Shown one piece after another: positions 27,585 through 37,243 of a stretch of DNA of 64,000 bases. The stretch is taken from the IMG/VR virus record IMGVR_UViG_3300007171_000004, positions 96,001-160,000 of that record; one strand, given 5' to 3'. Position 1 is the stretch's first letter, and every line of letters begins with the position of its first letter. The translations under genes and the position numbers were made by a program. The stretch is from a virus (taxonomy: Duplodnaviria; Caudoviricetes). The notes beneath the pieces are model-generated. The model was not told the origin of the DNA. It saw only the letters and a program-made list of their open reading frames with translations, and did no database searches.

Positions 27585-28499
27585 TTAATTAAATTTCATA
27601 TTAGCGTATTTAGGGACACCAAATCCCCAATCACCAGTTCTTCCAACTGTGATGTTTTGAGATTCTAATGAAGAAATATCATCTAATCTCTGAAGCATAT
27701 CCTTATAATCACAAATAGGCTTCAAGTTTGGATTTTTTCTTGTCCATGCTAACATCAACGCACAGACTCCAGCAATAAATGGACAAGCTTGTGATGTGCC
27801 ATTTAATTTAGCATATCCATTGTCCTTATAAGTTGAATAAATATCTACTCCAGGAGCAATCGCATCCACTTCTGGACCATGACTTGAAAAATGCGCCATG
27901 TTCCCTCTAGCATCTAAAGCAGCAACTGCAATCACTTCTTCAAATCTAGCTGGATAATTTACAGCTCCAGCGTCATTGCCAGCAGCAGCAATCATAATTA
28001 CCCCAGCATCTGCAGCTCTCTTAATAGCAGTATAGAGTTCTGGAGGAGCAGAAGATGCACCCAAAGACATGCTGATAATATCCACATTGCAATCTACAGC
28101 AGCATTAATTCCAGCAATAATATTATCATAAGATCCATTACCACCATTACCCAAAACCTTGACTGGAAGAATTTTTGCTTTAGGAGCTACACCAACAACG
28201 CCAAAATCATTATTAGCTGCTGCAATGATTCCAGCACAGTGAGTTCCGTGGCCATTCCAGTCCTTATCATCTGATTCACCTGAAAAATTTAAAGCTGGCA
28301 ATAGATTATCTCTTAAATCGGAGTGGTTCCATACACCAGTGTCGAGAACAGCAATTGTAATACCATCGCCCTCAGTATAAGCCCAAGCACCAGGAATATT
28401 GGATTGCATCAAGCCCCAGTCTGTAGTTTGACTGAGAGTTTGCATCACATGAATCGGTTGCATCTCAATATCTGGAATAAACTGAATTTCTTTATCCAT
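27585..28499 (-). CDS. Subtilisin-like serine protease (S8), 304 aa, no signal peptide, very short pro-region
   Basis: IAVLDTG (Asp), HGTHCAG (His), AAAGND (oxyanion Asn), GTSQACP (Ser). GGAG RBS. Confidence 0.95.
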   Translation of the reverse strand: MDKEIQFIPDIEMQPIHVMQTLSQTTDWGLMQSNIPGAWAYTEGDGITIAVLDTGVWNHSDLRDNLLPALNFSGESDDKDWNGHGTHCAGIIAAANNDFGVVGVAPKAKILPVKVLGNGGNGSYDNIIAGINAAVDCNVDIISMSLGASSAPPELYTAIKRAADAGVIMIAAAGNDAGAVNYPARFEEVIAVAALDARGNMAHFSSHGPEVDAIAPGVDIYSTYKDNGYAKLNGTSQACPFIAGVCALMLAWTRKNPNLKPICDYKDMLQRLDDISSLESQNITVGRTGDWGFGVPKYANMKFN

Positions 28500-28556
28500 T
28501 TTTAGTCTCCAATTGTTTACTAATTATTTATTCTTGAAACCTAACCAGAATAACTT

Positions 28557-31500
28557 TTAAGAAACTGTAATATCTTCTGATCTTACAGGGTCGCCATACA
28601 TAGATCCGTCATAAGGTTTAACTATAAATGAAATTGTTTTGCCCTTTACAACTAAATTAGATGGAAGAGTTGCTTTAGTTGATATTGGCTGAAGTTCATC
28701 ATTGTAATACCAAGAAATACTGTTGGTAGATTCTTGTCCTTCGTAAATAATATTAGAGCTTCCAGTTTCACCATCATTAAATATAAATCTAGCTTTCAAT
28801 TCTGTGCCTTCTGTAACATAATTGACTCCACTAACTGTTGTCTTATTGGCGCATGCTATACTAACGTCATAAACATAAGGTCTTTTGGTTCCTAATAATG
28901 TAGCAATATTTGATTCATAAGGAATTCCAGTTGTAATTCCGTCAGAAGGTCTTACAATTACTTTAACTTTATCGGTGGAAATAAATAATGAATTTAAGTC
29001 GCTTAATTTTTGGACAGTTCTGTTATCGTAATTTGGCATTGAATTTGAAGCATTAACTCTTAAATATGCACCATTTGATCTTGATCTGTACCATTCTGTC
29101 TTAGTGTCTAATTCTTTATTGTTGTCTACTGAAACATATTTATATTCAATGTAGAGTCTTTCACTTACATTAGGAATAGATGGCAATAATTGTAATGTTC
29201 CAGGATAGATTGTTGGACTAGGAGAATTTGCAAAAGAATTCTCAAGATCTGAATTAGTTATTGTAGTATATGTTAATCCAAACTGTATCAACCCTAAAGA
29301 AACATTAGTGTAGTTTTTGATTTGAATACCAACTCTAAATTTATCTGACGGAGCAACATACACAGTAATCTTATCCGAATCATTTTGTTCCTGTGTGAAA
29401 GTAATTGTTCCTGATTCTCTATTTACAAAGTATCCACCACGAACAATAGAATTATTTTTAAGAACAATAATCGTTGAATCACTTGGATATCTACCATTAC
29501 TTAAATAATAAGTCCTGTTATCAATAGTAGTAGTTAATTCACCATTCAATTTATAAACTTCAGATGGTGTAGTTATGTCAACTGTTACAACTACTGTAGA
29601 TGGCTTTTCAGTACTAAAATAAATCAAACCATTTACATTATCAAGAGAATAATAACCATCACTGTCTGAAGTAGCAATACCATCTAATCTAATAGTGACA
29701 ATATCAGTAGAAGACCATTTGGCCTTTGACCCATTAACTTCATATACTTGATAAATAAAATAATCTGAAGTTTTTGTTGAAAGTCCAGTTTTGCTTACTT
29801 CATCTGTGAACAAAATCGATTCTTGTCTGTTAGGCAATACGCCATTTCTTCTGGAGATAATTGGTGAATAATCAGCCCAATCTAAAGAATCACCTCTACA
29901 AATTCCCCATGATAATTTAGCAGTTTCTGGGATTGAACTCTTTGGCGATAAAATATATTCAAACATAGATCCATTTATGTTCTGTGGATAAGTAAAGATA
30001 TAACTTGTTGATGGATTGATTATGACATGATAAAGTTCAGTTACAAATGGCTTAACAGGAGCAGACCCATTCCATCCATCAGCAAGAGTGACTTTATATT
30101 CAATTGCTAATATTTCTCTATTAATTAAGCTGTCAACATTATTAGTTAAAGTAATCCAGGAACTATAGCTTCTTCTATCGCTTGAATATCTATACTGTAT
30201 GATGCAGGAACTATTAACTGTTGAAAGAGGAGCAGTAAATGCACTATAAACTTTCGATACATAAGTCAAACTTTCATAATCAAATTTACGTGTCCATGAT
30301 GCTTTGAAAAGATTATTTGATCCGCCATGTAAGAAAGAATCAAATGTTGTGTCAAAATCCTGAGCATTGGCATCTGTAGAAATATGAATAAATTTTCCTC
30401 TAGATGTTCCAATTGTCTGAAGATCTTTGTTGAGGTTTGATTTACCTAACAAGAAACTATAAACATTTACTCCAAGATCATTCCAAGATGATTCAGCGGT
30501 TGTAACAATTTCATCAGCAGTATATTCTGATATATTTTTACCATCAGCAAAAATAGTTGAGAATGGAATATAAGAATTAGCCCATTTACTAACAAAATAA
30601 GTTCTAATATTCTCTGATGATTTGATAGTATTTATTTGACCATCCCAATCTGATCTTATAACAACCTTTAGAATATCTGTCAAAAGAAGAGGCGTAGAGA
30701 ATGTAATTTGACCTAAAGAGGGATTAATACTAAATCCTGATGATTGAACAATATTATTTACACTTACTTCGATATATGGATAAGTTGCAGTTGACCATGT
30801 AAAAGTGTCAATTCCATTCAAAGAAAGAGTGATTGGATTTACGTTTAACGCAGTTTTTGGAATTAAAGTTTCTTGATAATCTGATTGTGCATACCAAGAT
30901 TTCAATTCATCTAATCCAAGAGCATTAATAGAATTCAAATAATCTACAATTGCTCCAACTCTTATCTGATTATTTGCCTCATCATCAACTTTTAAAATAG
31001 ATTCAACAATTGCTTCAGGATTCATAGAAGTAATTGAAGCATTAACAGACTCTAATAATGTACTACTAATACCATTTTGCCTGAGAGCTGATACGTTAGA
31101 TTTTAATTGAGTTCTATTGTTGATAAATCCATTTGTTCTATCTTGCAACTTATTATTGAAAACATATTGAGATGTGTATGTTTTAGGGAATAAAGTTGAA
31201 ACTACTGTAGAATCTGTGCGATCATAAATTCTATCAATAAATCCATTAATTTCAGCCTCAAAATTAGATGTTCCAAATGCATTAAGAATAGAATATGAAT
31301 CATCAATCACCATAGACATTGCAAATTTAAAGTCGGTAGTTAAGTATCCACTATCATTTACAATAACACCTAAACTATCACCAAGAAGCCAATTGTTTAT
31401 ATTAAGCGAATTATTTCTTCCAGCAACCTCAATTGTTTCAGAATATTGATTTGTCCCTGTGAAATTAACTTTAAAATAGAAATCATCACCTGAATTTAAG

Positions 31501-34500
31501 GCTGACCAAGATGTCCCATTATTGCTTGAATATGTTCTTCCAAGAGTATATGGATTAGTCGAAGGTGATTTTTTCCATGTTACAATTGACAATCCTCCAA
31601 CATTATTTTCTTGTAATACTAAAGCATACGTCGAAGTTGAGTTAGGCAAAGTCACTGGAAGATTAATGCTATAAAATCCAGGGTATTTAATATCTCTGGC
31701 AAGCAACAAGTCATTGGTAATTGAGTTACTTGAAAAACCTGCCAAAATAAATCCAGAATTGCCAGTAAATCCTTGAGAAATGATAGATCCAACTGAATTT
31801 GATGTATTGTAAAATCCATTTGAAATCAAATTATTAATTGTTGTACTATTTGACAAAGCAATAGGAGTAGTTGGAATACCATTACCATCTGTTAAATATA
31901 TAGCAGCTGTAATTGTATTATTTAAAGATGCTTCATATAATGGATTAGTTTTAAGATCTTGTAATTCGAAATAACCAGAAATCTTAAATATCTGAGTTTG
32001 TCCAGAAACAGGTTTGAATGTTTGTGCAAGGTATCCAGCATTGAATGAAGTTGCATTGCTAATTGTTGATGAAAATTCTACCGGATAAGCGTTAAATTCA
32101 TTTGGATTACCAGCTAAATACCATGTATCACCATCGTCAGTAGAATACCATAAGCCATTTTCTGTACCAGCTAAAATAACTTGCTTAGTTACGGATACAG
32201 CATTTTCAGTATATGTAGATGAGAAATTAACAAGCGAATAGACACTAACTCTGCCACCTAAAATTCTCTCACACTTCTCAAAAGTACTTCCTTCATTTAA
32301 AGATCTATAAACACCATCATTTGTTCCGATAAATATTTTGCTTTTACCAGGAGTACCAGCAGAAGTATAGAGACTATAACAATTACAACTTAGGCCAGAT
32401 AAGAATGTATTTTCAGTTTCAAATGTCAATTCGTTTTCTGTTGGATCGCACCATCTCCAGTTTCTTACTTTCAAAAGACCATTAGATGTAAGAATAAACA
32501 TAGGAACCGGAGCATTAGTAGAAGGAGGTGTTGCTAATGGTCTAAATATGTCATAAAATTTAACAGATTTAGTGCCTCCAAACATTTCTCTACCATCTAA
32601 TAATGAAGAATATGCAGTGCCTCTATTACCGCTTGTGACCCCATATAAACCATCTTCAGCACAGATATATAAGGCATCAACTTTTGTCTGAACATTATTA
32701 CCCTGAGAATCGACTGACATTCTAATGAATTGATCTTTATATAATCCATAAACATTCTTATTATCGACTAAATCATAATGGTCAGAAGTAAATGTTGTAG
32801 AACCGCTAGGAATATTAATAAAAGCCAAACCATCTTCTTTTCCATAAGCTTCAAATGTACCACTAAACCATGAGCCAGAAGTATATGAGAATTGAGCTTG
32901 GGTATACAAACTAGATTGCGACCAAAGAGTATTTTTATTCCACAATCCATTATCTGCACCTAATCTTAAAGTTGAACCGACACTTTTGAGATAATAGGTT
33001 CTAGAAGCATCGTTTAAATTTGAATCTAATACCCATTTTAATCCATCATAATTCCATACGCCAGCATCAGTGGCAATCTTCATATTAGTGCCTGATTTAG
33101 AAGGGTTATATATTGAATAGATTACTTTAGGATTATATGTTTGTTCATTTGCACTTGGTTCGTTTCCAGAATACGAGCTAGAGTCTGAAGCTCTGGTGTC
33201 ATAGATATTTGGGTTTAATGAACTTGCTAAAAGAGTCTTTACTAAACCTCTTTCATCTTCTCCTAATGTTGGACTTTCGGAAAAATTCTTAAAAATGTCA
33301 CCCAAGGTAGTTTGAATATTTAAAGAAAGCTGCAGAGTATTAGCATTATCAACAGAACTTAAATGATATGTTTGTTTATTTTGATTTAAAGTTATTAGAT
33401 CTTCAATTCCCAAAACATTTTTAGTTGAAATTACATGAACAGTAGAGCCAGCAAAATAAATTACACTTGAAGATCTTGCATATGGTATAGTAATTTCATA
33501 AGATTCAGGGTCAACATTGATTGTAAATATCTCTTTGATTGTTGCTGATAATCTAATTTCAATTAATGTATTTGTGCTATTCAGTGCTGTTGGCTTATCC
33601 AGATAAATATTTAAGTCTTCTGGGTTAAAATCTTTCGATAATTTTGCAACAGGGCTTTCATCAATAACAAATGCTCTAATCTGCTCACCATGTGGATTAG
33701 TACCAACATTTGAAATATAAGCACCAGGCCTAGAAATAGTAACTTTAATAGAACTTTTATCGGCCTTAGACAGCGATGATAAGAATGAAATTTTCCCAGA
33801 AGTTGGATCTAAAGTATATGGGTAAACAGATGGCTTGTCCTTATAATAAACTACAACTGATGAGCCATTACCTGTCCAAGAATCTACATAAAAATCTACA
33901 TATTCTCTTTCATAAACAAATGCATCCCAAAGGTTTTTATTAATATCAAATGTTATAGCTTGATTAGATGCATTAACAGTATATCCTGATGTAATTTCCT
34001 CTAAAGTGTAAGCATCATAAATAGATAATTGATCAGTTGAGAAAAACTGGCTATAAGGTCTTTTCCAATTATCATAACTTAATGTATTGTCCCAAAGAGA
34101 TTGAGTAGAAACATATAATCCTCTGTCAGACCCTGCGTAAATTAATTCATAAGAACTACCAGACTGATTCAAAACATCGATACACTCAATTGTTCCATTA
34201 TAAGCATACCAATTCAAATTAGTACGAACCGGAGCTAAATAGTCAAATGTTTCAGTGATTTTTGAAATACCAATATTATGAGCTATGTAATAATTTGCAT
34301 ATCCAGATCTTTTGTCGATATCTTTAATAATTGATGATAGATTCTCGAAAATCTTGAATTTAAAAATCTTCCAATAATTAGCTTGTGTACCAAAGTTACC
34401 TACAGATGACTTTTCTAAAATCCATTCACTTGATCCATTAATTGTTCCCGAAGTAATGGTAACCTTTTTAGAAGATGTAAATGTATCAGCTGATCTTGTC

Positions 34501-37241
34501 CAAATTCTTGATGATGAATTGGTGCAAACATAAATACCATTTTCAATTGGATTTGTTTGATTTTTAACAAGAATTCTATTATTATTTGCAAGTGTAACTC
34601 CATCTACAATCTGAGGAGTTGAACCTGAAGTTAAATTTACATTTCCAGTTGTTGCTACTAAACAATCTGCATACGATGGAGTGGTTATAGCTAAAGGTTG
34701 ATACCAATTTGTAGAAGTATCAGTTGCCTCAAAGTATGCTGATTGAGTTATCCATGCAGCAGTATCAGTAGCCCATATAATATTATTTAAATTTTGATTT
34801 GCTACGCCATCCTGAATCCAATAAATATGTTTGACTATATCAGAAGAATATTTTTGAACTTCTCCATAATTTCCAATATAAAATCCATTATTTGCACCAA
34901 TAAAAAGTACATTTGAAAATGATTTAGTGGTTATTTTAGTTTCAGGATCAGTAGTTGTAGACATCAAGGTCATATCTAAAATAGAATTGACGCTTGAAAA
35001 AGTTGATGGTGAGCCGTTAGTATCCTTAATTCTAGAAAGCTTAGTCCAAACCCAATCTTGTTCAGTCTGACCTTCTAAAATTCTAACATAATATGCACCA
35101 AAATTAGTACCAATAACAATATTTGTGTACCATTTTTTAACAAGAAGAATACCTTGCTCAACTTCTTCCCATTGACTAGAAACTGAGAATGCATTTATTA
35201 CTACCGGTACTGTATTATTGCCTTCTATTGGGGATTTGATTACTGTCCATCCGATACCATTGTTAGATGATCTGTAAAGTTTACCATTAGAAGAAAGAAC
35301 ATAAATCCTCTTAAAATAATTAGTAAAATCATCAGCTTGAAGAATCTCATCTTGGACATCTTTGATATAGCCATTATCAATATTCCAAGAAGACATATAA
35401 GAATTATCAAGATATGTAGATGATTGCAAAAGACCAGTTTTTGTAGAAATTAACTTACTTTTGGATGTAAGATTCTTAGATGATCCCAAAAAATATAGCT
35501 TTGAATTGTATTGAAGATCATTACTAAGAACTTCAGGATAAAAAATAGTCTTATTGCCTTCAGAGAATAATCTTAAATTAGGTTTAGTAGAAGCAATTTC
35601 TTTATATCTATTTTGCCCAACATGATCGAGTTTAGCTATTCTTTTGCTGTTTAATTTACCTCTAGAGAAAGTGCTGGCATTAACATCCTTTATTCGTTTT
35701 CCCGATAATTTTGATTGAATTTCTCTACCTAAAGACTCTATCACTAAAGAAACATCAGACAAAGAGTAAGTTGAATAAGAAGGCAAGTTTAACGAAAAAA
35801 CAATTGTGCCTTGATTTGAATTGATAGTATAAAATTTAGGATCAATTAATATATCTTTTAAATAAACTGATGCTGGGTGATAATAGAGATCAGACCATGA
35901 AAAAGTCTTATAGGTTGTTTGATTATTAACTGTTTGTGTACTGCCATCAGTTAATTTAATAACTCCTGAAAATGCAGTAGTTTCATCGGTATTTGGAAAT
36001 AGATATTTTTGAGTTGACAATGGAAGTACTAATTGAAGTACATTTCCTGTCTCTAAACTATTTTTAAGAAAAATTCTTCCCGTTGTCGGGCTTAATGTAT
36101 ATTCAGTTTCATCAAGTTTTATATTATTCAAACGAACTTCTGGTAAACCATAATTTGTTGAAGACCAGATAAAATTACTTCTTTGAGATAATGGCAAATC
36201 AGATTGAACTTTAACATCAAAGATCGTAGATGATGTAGGGGCATAACAATCTAAAATTAATTGAGTCGATAATAAGATTTTAGAAGGTGTATCGGAATTG
36301 CCTAAGTGGACATGCCTATAAAAAGCCTTATTTAAAGCATCCTCTAATGCAGAAGCTAAATTTTTAAGATTATTTCTTCTTTCACCATATTCAATTGAGT
36401 AGATTGTAGAAATACCAGTTGTAGGATCCGAAGTAAATGTAACATCTGCAAGATATGTAGCTTCTGAAATACTATCATAAAATTCATTATCAACGGAGAC
36501 AATTGCACAAATGCCTTCAGAATTTAAACATAAACTTTTGTCAGCCCAAACATAATAAATACTTTCAGCTTGATGTCTAATATAAGAAGTTTCATATGTT
36601 CTTGCTGAAAATAAATCTACAATTCCATATCCTGGCGTTACTCTAATTACTTGTTTAAAAGCATCTTCAAAGTAAATACTTGTGGAACCAACAACCACTC
36701 CAGATATAGGTGGACTAGACATAACCCACACAGTATCAGAATATACATTTCCTTCACCTACTAAAACAATAAAATTTGAAACAAAATCTACGGGTGAATT
36801 TAGCTCATCAGATCTTGTCCAAGCCCCAGCAGAAACAGTGTAAATTCCGTTCTGAGATGCTGTCGATTGATTCTTTACTAAGACTTTGTCACCAGAAATT
36901 AAAACAACATTATCTATTGTAAGCAAACCTGATAAACTTATTATGTTTTCTGTTGTAGCTGCTCTTACTTGAACATCTGGTCTCAAACCTAATGCTAAAT
37001 ATCTCTGTCCTAATTCTGAATCTGGATCATTTCGCCATGCTGATATTAATGATTTCTGTTCTAAAATATAGTCAGATAATTTAGTTACTTCCCAGCCTTC
37101 AATAATTCCAGTTCCAATAAATTTATATAAGCCCTGCAATTGATTTTCAGCAGTAAGCATATTTTCATAATCGTAACCTGGATACCATTTATCTCCTAAT
37201 TCAAGATAGAGATACTTATAAATACTGGTTCGTTTTGACAT
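28557..37241 (-). CDS. Giant virion/baseplate-fibre protein (2894 aa): BNR beta-propellers, vWA-like domain, two tail-fibre ATT..DG..GD.VLVK modules, repeated small beta domains, C-terminal Ig-like domains
   Basis: Asp-box motifs (YRSSNNGIGW, YRSLNEGSTF, WYSTDDGDTW, YSSNNGTSW). MIDAS-like VIDDSYS...FADG. VRAATT..ISLSG..TIDN...GDKVLVKNQ...NGIY. About 7 copies of Y.(L/I)....G.I.F. Confidence 0.75.
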   Translation of the reverse strand: MSKRTSIYKYLYLELGDKWYPGYDYENMLTAENQLQGLYKFIGTGIIEGWEVTKLSDYILEQKSLISAWRNDPDSELGQRYLALGLRPDVQVRAATTENIISLSGLLTIDNVVLISGDKVLVKNQSTASQNGIYTVSAGAWTRSDELNSPVDFVSNFIVLVGEGNVYSDTVWVMSSPPISGVVVGSTSIYFEDAFKQVIRVTPGYGIVDLFSARTYETSYIRHQAESIYYVWADKSLCLNSEGICAIVSVDNEFYDSISEATYLADVTFTSDPTTGISTIYSIEYGERRNNLKNLASALEDALNKAFYRHVHLGNSDTPSKILLSTQLILDCYAPTSSTIFDVKVQSDLPLSQRSNFIWSSTNYGLPEVRLNNIKLDETEYTLSPTTGRIFLKNSLETGNVLQLVLPLSTQKYLFPNTDETTAFSGVIKLTDGSTQTVNNQTTYKTFSWSDLYYHPASVYLKDILIDPKFYTINSNQGTIVFSLNLPSYSTYSLSDVSLVIESLGREIQSKLSGKRIKDVNASTFSRGKLNSKRIAKLDHVGQNRYKEIASTKPNLRLFSEGNKTIFYPEVLSNDLQYNSKLYFLGSSKNLTSKSKLISTKTGLLQSSTYLDNSYMSSWNIDNGYIKDVQDEILQADDFTNYFKRIYVLSSNGKLYRSSNNGIGWTVIKSPIEGNNTVPVVINAFSVSSQWEEVEQGILLVKKWYTNIVIGTNFGAYYVRILEGQTEQDWVWTKLSRIKDTNGSPSTFSSVNSILDMTLMSTTTDPETKITTKSFSNVLFIGANNGFYIGNYGEVQKYSSDIVKHIYWIQDGVANQNLNNIIWATDTAAWITQSAYFEATDTSTNWYQPLAITTPSYADCLVATTGNVNLTSGSTPQIVDGVTLANNNRILVKNQTNPIENGIYVCTNSSSRIWTRSADTFTSSKKVTITSGTINGSSEWILEKSSVGNFGTQANYWKIFKFKIFENLSSIIKDIDKRSGYANYYIAHNIGISKITETFDYLAPVRTNLNWYAYNGTIECIDVLNQSGSSYELIYAGSDRGLYVSTQSLWDNTLSYDNWKRPYSQFFSTDQLSIYDAYTLEEITSGYTVNASNQAITFDINKNLWDAFVYEREYVDFYVDSWTGNGSSVVVYYKDKPSVYPYTLDPTSGKISFLSSLSKADKSSIKVTISRPGAYISNVGTNPHGEQIRAFVIDESPVAKLSKDFNPEDLNIYLDKPTALNSTNTLIEIRLSATIKEIFTINVDPESYEITIPYARSSSVIYFAGSTVHVISTKNVLGIEDLITLNQNKQTYHLSSVDNANTLQLSLNIQTTLGDIFKNFSESPTLGEDERGLVKTLLASSLNPNIYDTRASDSSSYSGNEPSANEQTYNPKVIYSIYNPSKSGTNMKIATDAGVWNYDGLKWVLDSNLNDASRTYYLKSVGSTLRLGADNGLWNKNTLWSQSSLYTQAQFSYTSGSWFSGTFEAYGKEDGLAFINIPSGSTTFTSDHYDLVDNKNVYGLYKDQFIRMSVDSQGNNVQTKVDALYICAEDGLYGVTSGNRGTAYSSLLDGREMFGGTKSVKFYDIFRPLATPPSTNAPVPMFILTSNGLLKVRNWRWCDPTENELTFETENTFLSGLSCNCYSLYTSAGTPGKSKIFIGTNDGVYRSLNEGSTFEKCERILGGRVSVYSLVNFSSTYTENAVSVTKQVILAGTENGLWYSTDDGDTWYLAGNPNEFNAYPVEFSSTISNATSFNAGYLAQTFKPVSGQTQIFKISGYFELQDLKTNPLYEASLNNTITAAIYLTDGNGIPTTPIALSNSTTINNLISNGFYNTSNSVGSIISQGFTGNSGFILAGFSSNSITNDLLLARDIKYPGFYSINLPVTLPNSTSTYALVLQENNVGGLSIVTWKKSPSTNPYTLGRTYSSNNGTSWSALNSGDDFYFKVNFTGTNQYSETIEVAGRNNSLNINNWLLGDSLGVIVNDSGYLTTDFKFAMSMVIDDSYSILNAFGTSNFEAEINGFIDRIYDRTDSTVVSTLFPKTYTSQYVFNNKLQDRTNGFINNRTQLKSNVSALRQNGISSTLLESVNASITSMNPEAIVESILKVDDEANNQIRVGAIVDYLNSINALGLDELKSWYAQSDYQETLIPKTALNVNPITLSLNGIDTFTWSTATYPYIEVSVNNIVQSSGFSINPSLGQITFSTPLLLTDILKVVIRSDWDGQINTIKSSENIRTYFVSKWANSYIPFSTIFADGKNISEYTADEIVTTAESSWNDLGVNVYSFLLGKSNLNKDLQTIGTSRGKFIHISTDANAQDFDTTFDSFLHGGSNNLFKASWTRKFDYESLTYVSKVYSAFTAPLSTVNSSCIIQYRYSSDRRSYSSWITLTNNVDSLINREILAIEYKVTLADGWNGSAPVKPFVTELYHVIINPSTSYIFTYPQNINGSMFEYILSPKSSIPETAKLSWGICRGDSLDWADYSPIISRRNGVLPNRQESILFTDEVSKTGLSTKTSDYFIYQVYEVNGSKAKWSSTDIVTIRLDGIATSDSDGYYSLDNVNGLIYFSTEKPSTVVVTVDITTPSEVYKLNGELTTTIDNRTYYLSNGRYPSDSTIIVLKNNSIVRGGYFVNRESGTITFTQEQNDSDKITVYVAPSDKFRVGIQIKNYTNVSLGLIQFGLTYTTITNSDLENSFANSPSPTIYPGTLQLLPSIPNVSERLYIEYKYVSVDNNKELDTKTEWYRSRSNGAYLRVNASNSMPNYDNRTVQKLSDLNSLFISTDKVKVIVRPSDGITTGIPYESNIATLLGTKRPYVYDVSIACANKTTVSGVNYVTEGTELKARFIFNDGETGSSNIIYEGQESTNSISWYYNDELQPISTKATLPSNLVVKGKTISFIVKPYDGSMYGDPVRSEDITVS

Positions 37242-37243
37242 TA

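Noticed and set aside
16706-28556. tRNA or other structured RNA genes in intergenic gaps
   Set aside because: All gaps are short (under about 130 nt once the sORF is counted) and AT-rich, with no cloverleaf or T-loop (GTTCGA) signature.
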